Positions 27,864 through 33,757 of a stretch of DNA of 33,757 bases are shown here, piece by piece. The stretch comes from a virus. Its lineage: Duplodnaviria > Caudoviricetes. The DNA is taken from the IMG/VR virus record IMGVR_UViG_3300020044_007482, positions 1 through 33,757 of that record; one strand, given 5' to 3'. The notes under the pieces are model-generated. The model saw only the letters and a list, made by a program, of their open reading frames with translations, did not search any database and was not told where the DNA came from. The number at the start of each line of letters is the position of its first letter. Position 1 is the stretch's first letter. The position numbers were made by a program, and so were the translations under genes.

Positions 27864-27985
27864 TCACAATCTCCACAAATTCGCTCGTTATATTCAAGTT
27901 CATCTGTACCGCATCTATTACAGCGGTTAGTGCGTGACTCAATCCACGCTTCGTGTGCATCGAGCTGGTGGTCTATTATGTCCAT
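27860..27985 (-). CDS. 41-aa C4 zinc-finger microprotein (not in ORF track)
   Basis: SD AAGGA; MDIIDHQLDAHEAWIESRTNRCNRCGTDELEYNERICGDCE; ATGA overlap downstream. Confidence 0.75.
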   Translation of the reverse strand: MDIIDHQLDAHEAWIESRTNRCNRCGTDELEYNERICGDCE

Positions 27986-27997
27986 AGTTTATTCCTT

Positions 27998-28213
27998 CTA
28001 TAAATCATTCATTGTATAAAAATCATATGCCACATTAATATGCTCAGTATAATAATCTACTTCGTAAGTCGGTTCTATTCCTTCATCATCATTATAAATA
28101 TTTAAAAAATATTTTACACATTTTGTGGCGTCACTGTCATTATCAAAATAATAACATTTACTATTTTTTAAACTATTTATCTTTTTAATTTGTACAATGT
28201 ATATTAATTTCAT
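27998..28213 (-). CDS. Hypothetical protein
   Basis: 71 aa, ATGA overlap. Confidence 0.65.
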   Translation of the reverse strand: MKLIYIVQIKKINSLKNSKCYYFDNDSDATKCVKYFLNIYNDDEGIEPTYEVDYYTEHINVAYDFYTMNDL

Positions 28214-28407
28214 AGTTTATTTTTAATATCATTTAAAATATTCTCTATTTCAAAAATGCTATAATATTTCTTGCTTGAGTAAAATGTAGTAAATTTTATA
28301 TTATTTTTATTAATAAAATTACTAAACGCCCAATAAGACATATTAAAACGCTCCATCGCCTGGTATTTTGTTACAAAATTTTCTGATATAATTTCTTTAG
28401 AATTCAT
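28210..28407 (-). CDS. Small protein, possible MerR/Xis-like HTH DNA binder
   Basis: FVTKYQAMERFNMS..AF..F..K pattern; ATG 28407 with AAGGA. Confidence 0.55.
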   Translation of the reverse strand: MNSKEIISENFVTKYQAMERFNMSYWAFSNFINKNNIKFTTFYSSKKYYSIFEIENILNDIKNKL

Positions 28408-28735
28408 ATTTTTTTCCTTCTTCTTCTTTTGGTTTTTCACCCAATAGCTTTATACTACTAACGCTAACGCTTTGAGTGCCTACTGCTTCACCGTTTTTAT
28501 TTATGTAAGCTTTAATTTTGTTCTCACCTTCTACATAAATTTTTGAGCCTTTGGTTATTAAGTCTATGACATTTTTAAATCTATCTGCAAATAATAAATC
28601 TACCCAAAGAGTTTTTTTGTTTTTGCTATACCCAACCTCTGTCGCTATAGCTGTAACATAAAAAACTCCTCCATCTGGAGCTGTTTTTGCCTCAACATCT
28701 TTACCAACGTTGCCAATTAATATTGCTTTATTCAT
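28397..28735 (-). CDS. ssb: Single-stranded DNA-binding protein
   Basis: MNKAILIGNVGKD, KGSKIYVEG. Confidence 0.92.
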   Translation of the reverse strand: MNKAILIGNVGKDVEAKTAPDGGVFYVTAIATEVGYSKNKKTLWVDLLFADRFKNVIDLITKGSKIYVEGENKIKAYINKNGEAVGTQSVSVSSIKLLGEKPKEEEGKKYEF

Positions 28736-28736
28736 T

Positions 28737-29312
28737 TTATTTTAATTCCTCGTTTAATTTTTTTAACATCGCATTTAGCCTTACCTCATCTAATAAAGTT
28801 AAATCCCCATACGCCTCTATCCTGCTTTTTAGCTCTTTATTTGGACAAGAACTCAATAAGCTATATACTTGAGTTGCTAACTTTGTATCTTTAGCAGGTG
28901 TATCTTTAGCAGGTGTATCTTTAGCAAGTGTATCTTCATCATTATTAGCGCCGTCATTGTCAACATCAGGTGCAAGCCCCAATAATGAGAGTAATCCGTA
29001 GCGTTGAGCGTATGTTATACAACTGCCTAAATCTTGCATGGACCCGTTTTTAACAATCGGCACAGCTGTTGATATAAAGTCGCAAGTATCAGCATGCATT
29101 AACTTCACAACAACGAATGTACCCAAGCTATCCGTTACAATTGCATTCGTCAACAATATTTTGTTTTTTTGCAAAATTGGCAATGCTTCAGTTAAAACTG
29201 TTTGCAGTGTAACATATTTATATTTAACGGTTTTAAACGATACAATCATGTCACGCTTAAAAACCGGCATCTCACTTTGTGCCTGGATTATTGCAGTTAG
29301 CAACTCTTTCAT
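28737..29312 (-). CDS. erf: ERF-family single-strand annealing protein
   Basis: YKY.TL and QDLGSCITYAQRYGL..LLGL...DNDG. Confidence 0.92.
   Translation of the reverse strand: MKELLTAIIQAQSEMPVFKRDMIVSFKTVKYKYVTLQTVLTEALPILQKNKILLTNAIVTDSLGTFVVVKLMHADTCDFISTAVPIVKNGSMQDLGSCITYAQRYGLLSLLGLAPDVDNDGANNDEDTLAKDTPAKDTPAKDTKLATQVYSLLSSCPNKELKSRIEAYGDLTLLDEVRLNAMLKKLNEELK
28884..28936. repeat. 15-bp tandem repeat, about 3.5 copies, in the ERF linker (AKDTP)
   Basis: TGTATCTTTAGCAGG units. Confidence 0.9.
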
Positions 29313-29899
29313 ATATTTAAACTCCTTTTAAAATATTCTGATGCTCTTATTTCATTACATTTACTGAGCCATTTGTTTATATTTCCCTCCCTTTCTATTG
29401 TTATATCTAATGTTTTTTTTAAATCTAGTCTACTTGCAAAATGCAAAATACATCTATCCGCACCACTGCAATATAATTGATGCAGGCATTGTGCTTTATA
29501 AAACGCTATCGTATCAGTTAAGTAAAAATAATCCAGCATTTTTGTTGTCAATTTTATTTCTAGTATTGAGTTAGTGTAAAAGTCTAAACCGTCCAAACTA
29601 GCCATCAGATTATCATTATAAAGCGCGCAAATATCTTCATAATCTGTACCGTGCTTAATGTTATAGTTTACTCTTATTTCATCTTCATGCTCGCTGCCTG
29701 CTAACATAAACTTGTTAGGCACAATTGGCATAAATAACTTATTTTTACTTATCTTAAAAATATTGGGTATTGACTTATCAACAACAGCTAAATAATCTCT
29801 GTACATCGTTGCAGTTACTTTACCCTTTCTTAAATCTAGCCACTCTTTAGTACCCTGCTCTATTTTTATAAATTTAATCATATGTTTAACCTTGCGCAT
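29309..29899 (-). CDS. YqaJ / lambda-exonuclease family protein
   Basis: QGTKEWLDLR, ASLDG, LEIK, Y.AQ..HQL; start may be the later ATG at 29881. Confidence 0.92.
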   Translation of the reverse strand: MRKVKHMIKFIKIEQGTKEWLDLRKGKVTATMYRDYLAVVDKSIPNIFKISKNKLFMPIVPNKFMLAGSEHEDEIRVNYNIKHGTDYEDICALYNDNLMASLDGLDFYTNSILEIKLTTKMLDYFYLTDTIAFYKAQCLHQLYCSGADRCILHFASRLDLKKTLDITIEREGNINKWLSKCNEIRASEYFKRSLNI

Positions 29900-29916
29900 G
29901 TTTGTTAAAGTTTGTT

Positions 29917-29925
29917 ATTATAACA
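29917..29925 (-). promoter_or_regulatory. Extended -10 promoter (TGtTATAAT) for the recombination/replication operon
   Basis: Perfect motif in the intergenic gap. Confidence 0.55.
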
Positions 29926-29940
29926 CAGTTTTAGTTTGAG

Positions 29941-30192
29941 CTAATCTTTTTTTATTATTAGCTCAAATCCCATGCGTTTAACTAATTTAGTTAATGCTAT
30001 CGCTGTGGGTGTGCATATTGTAAAGTTAGTATATAAAAATACTTTATTACAGACTCCATTAATCATACACTGCGCGTCGATTGGTTCAGCGAAATAAGCA
30101 GTTAAATCAAAAATATTATTTAATTTAACCTTGTTAATATTGTCTAGTAGTTTTTTTAATTTTCTGTTTTTAAATAATGTAATGTTATTCAT
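29941..30192 (-). CDS. Hypothetical protein
   Basis: 83 aa, coupled, SD GAGGG. Confidence 0.65.
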   Translation of the reverse strand: MNNITLFKNRKLKKLLDNINKVKLNNIFDLTAYFAEPIDAQCMINGVCNKVFLYTNFTICTPTAIALTKLVKRMGFELIIKKD

Positions 30193-30481
30193 GTTGTGAC
30201 CCCTCTATTTTGTCGATTAAACATTGTAATTTTAGTGCAATTTTATATCCTGCATTATGCTTTATGTTCTTTGAATTAGTTAACGTTTCAAAATATTCTA
30301 ATAAATTGTTACATATAATTTTTATTTTTTTTAACTCTAAATTTTTATGCGTAGGTGCTGGTTTTTTAATTAACAATGCCATTAGTGCTTCAGAATTTGT
30401 ATAATTTGTCATATTTTTAAATTTTTTAAACATTTCGTAAGCTTCTTTTTTTAAATACAATTGCTTATTATTTTGCTTCAT
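30185..30481 (-). CDS. Hypothetical protein, possible RHH-like N-terminus
   Basis: 98 aa; KQLYLKKEAYEMF...TNSEAL..LL. Confidence 0.65.
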   Translation of the reverse strand: MKQNNKQLYLKKEAYEMFKKFKNMTNYTNSEALMALLIKKPAPTHKNLELKKIKIICNNLLEYFETLTNSKNIKHNAGYKIALKLQCLIDKIEGSQHE

Positions 30482-30543
30482 TTTGTGCCTTTCTTTCTTT
30501 GTAAAAAGTTATTAATTTGTGATAAAAATCTTTATAAGATAAA

Positions 30544-30825
30544 TCACCTTAAGTCACCTTTATATTGTTTAATTATTGATTGCATAACCTCAATGTTAGA
30601 TATAGTTAAATTTATTTTAGCAAAAGTTGGAATTTCATTTATTAAGCTATAACGTATCGCATCCAACATTCCTTCTATAAAAGTAAAATCTTGCCTGTTT
30701 ATTGCTATCGTTTCTATGTGTTCTGCGGTTTCAGCTTCAATTAAATTTGCAAGTAAAAAGGGCGTTTCTGCATCGTAGTAAAGAGCTTGGATTATCTTGA
30801 GCGTGTCGAGCTGTTTTTTAGTCAT
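30544..30825 (-). CDS. Hypothetical protein
   Basis: ATG 30825 with GAGG. Confidence 0.7.
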   Translation of the reverse strand: MTKKQLDTLKIIQALYYDAETPFLLANLIEAETAEHIETIAINRQDFTFIEGMLDAIRYSLINEIPTFAKINLTISNIEVMQSIIKQYKGDLR

Positions 30826-30949
30826 TTTGTGCCTCACTTTCTAAAGATTCAATTAAAGTTGCAAGTAAAAATCTTACATTTATATCATAGTTGTTAGCAA
30901 ATAAATGAGCGTATATAAGCTTTAATCTGTCTAGTTGTATTTTAGTCAT
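30818..30949 (-). CDS. 43-aa paralog of the downstream gene's N-terminus (not in ORF track)
   Basis: MTKIQLDRLKLI...FLLATLIE versus MTKKQLDTLKII...FLLANLIE. Confidence 0.7.
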   Translation of the reverse strand: MTKIQLDRLKLIYAHLFANNYDINVRFLLATLIESLESEAQND

Positions 30950-31063
30950 TTGATAACCCTTTTATTGTTATGATAGTATTTTCTATTGCCCTGCTGTAAT
31001 TCTATTGTCATTTTTATTTACCTTTAAAAAATTAATTAAATTAATGTGTATTAAATATTGACT

Positions 31064-31366
31064 TTACCCACAATATTTTATTTTAGTTATTGTCAGACAA
31101 TCGCAGCAGTTGCTATTACAGTACACACAGTCGCCGCATTCGCAATTATCACAACTACAATCATAACACCCAGCTTCAACGATTTGAAATAATGCTTCAT
31201 AATTTTCATCACTGAATTTAATCGAAAAATAATCATTTACAGCTGGGTATATGTCTTTAAGTGATTGAGATTGTGTTATTTTATTATCTAGCCAGACTCC
31301 ATATTCTATATTTTTATTAATGCTATTTAATTTTGTTATTAGTTTATCTCTGTTAATTATTTTCAT
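31064..31366 (-). CDS. Cys-rich hypothetical protein
   Basis: C-terminal cluster CYDCSCDNCECGDCVYCNSNCCDC; SD AAGGT. Confidence 0.75.
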   Translation of the reverse strand: MKIINRDKLITKLNSINKNIEYGVWLDNKITQSQSLKDIYPAVNDYFSIKFSDENYEALFQIVEAGCYDCSCDNCECGDCVYCNSNCCDCLTITKIKYCG

Positions 31367-31383
31367 AATATTTCTTACCTTTT

Positions 31384-31758
31384 TTAATTATATTTTTTTA
31401 ATTCTTTATTAAGAAAATCTATAGCTAACTTGTTTATATAATCGATATCTTCTTGAGCCCAACCTGACCTATCCATGTTGTGTAAGTCAGATAAAAACCC
31501 GCTGTAACCGCTGGGGGTTGTATACCAGCGTTCTATTTGTCCATTTTTGTATTTGTATTTTTCAGCAGCGCGAACAGTCTCCAAAGCAGCATAAAAAGCA
31601 TCAGATGCATCATCGATAGCCTCATAATAAGCATAATCAGCCGCATCGATAGCCTCATGATAAGCATAATTAGCCGCATCTTTGGCAGCACTATAGGCAG
31701 CATTAGCCTCAAGAAGTAATAAATCAGCTTGCTCTGTTGTTATATAATTGTTTGTCAT
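31384..31758 (-). CDS. Hypothetical protein: Ala/Asp/Tyr repeats fused to a domain shared with 32041-32337
   Basis: 11-aa repeats DAADYAYYEAI; IERWYTT.SGY..GFLSDL. Confidence 0.75.
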   Translation of the reverse strand: MTNNYITTEQADLLLLEANAAYSAAKDAANYAYHEAIDAADYAYYEAIDDASDAFYAALETVRAAEKYKYKNGQIERWYTTPSGYSGFLSDLHNMDRSGWAQEDIDYINKLAIDFLNKELKKYN

Positions 31759-31832
31759 TTTATTACCTTTTTTAAAAATTAATATAATTTTACCAATTTA
31801 TATTAATAGTTGATTTTATCCAGTTAAAATAT

Positions 31833-31973
31833 TTACTTAATTAACTTACTAACTTTAATTTTTGCGGAGTGTAAACTCTTAGCTTTATACTGCACTCTAT
31901 TAAAAATAAAATGCGTATCTGGCTTATCAATATAACAATGTAAGTATGTGTTTTTATAATTTACTGTATACAT
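31833..31973 (-). CDS. 46-aa hypothetical protein (not in ORF track)
   Basis: SD AAGGT; MYTVNYKNTYLHCYIDKPDTHFIFNRVQYKAKSLHSAKIKVSKLIK. Confidence 0.65.
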   Translation of the reverse strand: MYTVNYKNTYLHCYIDKPDTHFIFNRVQYKAKSLHSAKIKVSKLIK

Positions 31974-31977
31974 TTTT

Positions 31978-32043
31978 TTACCTTTTAAAATTAAATTAAT
32001 ATGAGCAAGCACACTTTACAATATGCTTGACTTATTAACTTTA
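31978..32043 (-). repeat. Intergenic hairpin repeat, copy A
   Basis: Similar to 32610-32670; hairpin AAGCATAT-TGTAAA-GTGTGCTT then SD. Confidence 0.85.
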
Positions 32044-32337
32044 TTCTATATTGTTTATATCTTCAATATCTTCTTGAGTCCAATTTGATTTGTCCATTTT
32101 TTCTAAATCAGATAAAAAACCCTGTTGATATCCTGATGAAGTCGTATACCAACGCTCTATTTTATCGTTATTAAACATAGCGCACTCGTGTTCATCATTG
32201 TATAAATAAACGTTGTCGCGGTTCGGGTCATATTCCACGCGTAGACCCTCCATATCAATTATTGGATTATCGGCATAAGCTTGAAGTAATTTACCTGCCT
32301 CGTGTAATTCTCTGTAGCCAAAGTTTTTAAAGTTCAT
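32041..32337 (-). CDS. Hypothetical protein
   Basis: 98 aa, SD AGGAG. Confidence 0.8.
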   Translation of the reverse strand: MNFKNFGYRELHEAGKLLQAYADNPIIDMEGLRVEYDPNRDNVYLYNDEHECAMFNNDKIERWYTTSSGYQQGFLSDLEKMDKSNWTQEDIEDINNIE

Positions 32338-32364
32338 AATGTACTCCTAAAAATTGTATTTGTG

Positions 32365-32601
32365 TTAACTAAAATCAAAATCTCTAACTATTTTAATTGT
32401 TGCATCTGGACAGATTGACGTTAACCTAGTTATGCGAATACCATTGCATGTGAATGAACGTCTAACTAACTCCTTGCCCCCCAATCTTCTCATAAGCTTA
32501 ATACTACTAATCATGTTGTCGTAGTATTCTTTAGTTATAAATTCTTTTATTTCTTCTTTAAGCATGTTGTTTTTATATGTTTTTTGTGTCATTGTTATCA
32601 T
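32365..32601 (-). CDS. Hypothetical protein
   Basis: 78 aa, SD AAGGT. Confidence 0.75.
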   Translation of the reverse strand: MITMTQKTYKNNMLKEEIKEFITKEYYDNMISSIKLMRRLGGKELVRRSFTCNGIRITRLTSICPDATIKIVRDFDFS

Positions 32602-32609
32602 GATAGTAT

Positions 32610-32670
32610 TTACCTTTTAAAAATTAATACGAGCAAGCGCACTATGCAATGCGCTTAACTTATTAACTTA
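32610..32670 (-). repeat. Intergenic hairpin repeat, copy B
   Basis: Hairpin AAGCGCAT-TGCATA-GTGCGCTT then SD. Confidence 0.85.
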
Positions 32671-33009
32671 TTTTACTAGATTAACTACATAAGCGTAAGC
32701 TAATTTAATATCGCTAAACTCAGCAATTTCCTTTTTTCTCATCTCATCAATATGAGCATAATTTAAAGGACCAACACACTCAGCAATTGCTTTGTTATTC
32801 GAATCTAATTGTTTTTTATTTAATATTATTATTTTAGTTAATATCAAAGCATCTGAGTTAGCTGGATTCACAAAATGACTCTCGCAAATTTTAAACGTAT
32901 CGTTATTTAATTCTTCTAATTTTTTAACATCTTCTAAAATTTTATTTATTTCTTTACTATCTTTTTTCAATTTTAATTCTTTGATGATTGTTTTAATTTT
33001 TTTAATCAT
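32668..33009 (-). CDS. Hypothetical protein
   Basis: 113 aa, SD AAGGT, first gene after the promoter. Confidence 0.7.
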   Translation of the reverse strand: MIKKIKTIIKELKLKKDSKEINKILEDVKKLEELNNDTFKICESHFVNPANSDALILTKIIILNKKQLDSNNKAIAECVGPLNYAHIDEMRKKEIAEFSDIKLAYAYVVNLVK

Positions 33010-33064
33010 TTTTACTTACCTTTTTAATTTGTTTATTTGTTTGTTTTTGTTTTTCACTGCCGAT

Positions 33065-33094
33065 ATTATGACATAAGTTTGTTTAGGTTTGCAA
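33065..33094 (-). promoter_or_regulatory. Putative early sigma70 promoter TTGCAA-18-(TGt)CATAAT
   Basis: Near-consensus hexamers with extended -10, intergenic. Confidence 0.6.
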
Positions 33095-33129
33095 GCTTTT
33101 TTTAATGTTTATTTAATCTTTTTTGTAAG

Positions 33130-33564
33130 TTACTGATTTTGTTTGTAACTTTTTTTTAAATTTTTCTGATATTTCGATAAAGTTTTATTGTTTGTAATTT
33201 GTGTATTTGGCTGATTCCATTCTTTTTCGTCTTTAGCAATAGCTTTCTTGAGCATTCTGTATGTAGTACAAGAAATTTCTCTAACCTCTTTCTTTGTTCC
33301 ATCTTTGTTAGTCCAAGAGTTAGTTGTAATACTTCCTTCAACATAAATTGTATCTCCTTTCCCAATAGCTTCAGCGGCTTTTTCTGCTAGTGCTGGAATA
33401 GCCATTATAATTCTGTGCCATTCTGTTTTGCTTTGGTAAGTATCACCCTTTTTATATCCATCTGTAGTAGCTAAAGATATTTGGACAAGTTTTCTACCTG
33501 TTTCAAACTGCTTAACTTCTATTGAGCCAACGTGCCCTGCTAATAAAACTTTGTTTAAATTCAT
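33130..33564 (-). CDS. ssb: Second single-stranded DNA-binding protein
   Basis: NKVLLAGHVG, SLATT, KTEWHRI, KGDTIYVEG; atypical basic C-terminus. Confidence 0.92.
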   Translation of the reverse strand: MNLNKVLLAGHVGSIEVKQFETGRKLVQISLATTDGYKKGDTYQSKTEWHRIIMAIPALAEKAAEAIGKGDTIYVEGSITTNSWTNKDGTKKEVREISCTTYRMLKKAIAKDEKEWNQPNTQITNNKTLSKYQKNLKKSYKQNQ

Positions 33565-33566
33565 TT

Positions 33567-33757
33567 TTATACATTTACTAATTCATACTTAACGTATTCG
33601 TCCACTTCTTTTTTAGTGTGAAGCCAAACTACTTCGTTGTTGTTATTGTCTTTTAATTGGTTTCTTAAAAGCTTGTATTTTATTTTTGAAACTTCAGTAG
33701 GAAATCCTTTAGTGTCAATGTAAACAACTCTATCTCCTATGTAAACTACAAAATCTA
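33567..33757 (-). CDS. DUF1064-like PD-(D/E)xK nuclease, C-terminal part (truncated by window)
   Basis: DFVVY....VVYIDTKGFPTEVSKIKYKLL. Confidence 0.7.
   Translation of the reverse strand, partial: DFVVYIGDRVVYIDTKGFPTEVSKIKYKLLRNQLKDNNNNEVVWLHTKKEVDEYVKYELVNV

Noticed and set aside
1-33757. Alternative genetic code
   Set aside because: Genes tile densely at expected lengths under the standard code and end in TAA, TAG and TGA

Overview
AT-rich dsDNA podovirus-type phage genome segment, probably infecting a Gram-negative host (spanins, outer-membrane beta-barrel). The + strand (1-17502) is the virion operon: terminase large subunit (5' truncated), portal, scaffold, tail fibre, major capsid, a long fibre with a paralogous small partner, tail adaptor, nozzle, three ejection proteins and three small membrane genes. 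The - strand (17514-33757) carries tRNA-Tyr, an orphan C5 DNA methyltransferase, HNH nuclease, lysozyme, OM beta-barrel, spanins, VRR-NUC nuclease, SF2 helicase, TOPRIM primase, a disrupted D5/P4-type helicase, SSB-ERF-YqaJ recombination genes and small early genes. No integrase, RNA polymerase or DNA polymerase is visible; promoters look sigma70-type. Main points of interest: (1) an 89-bp inverted repeat and internal inversion splitting the helicase; (2) a lysozyme bracketed by 13-bp inverted repeats beside the relic of a different (M15 peptidase) endolysin; (3) a switch-like RNA leader with an anti-SD and a decoy SD before the capsid gene; (4) a promoter/two-hairpin/terminator RNA upstream of the tRNA; (5) a collar-domain fibre that appears anchored through a decoration-like domain; (6) covarying intergenic hairpin repeats among early genes. 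All family calls come from reading motifs by eye, not from database searches.
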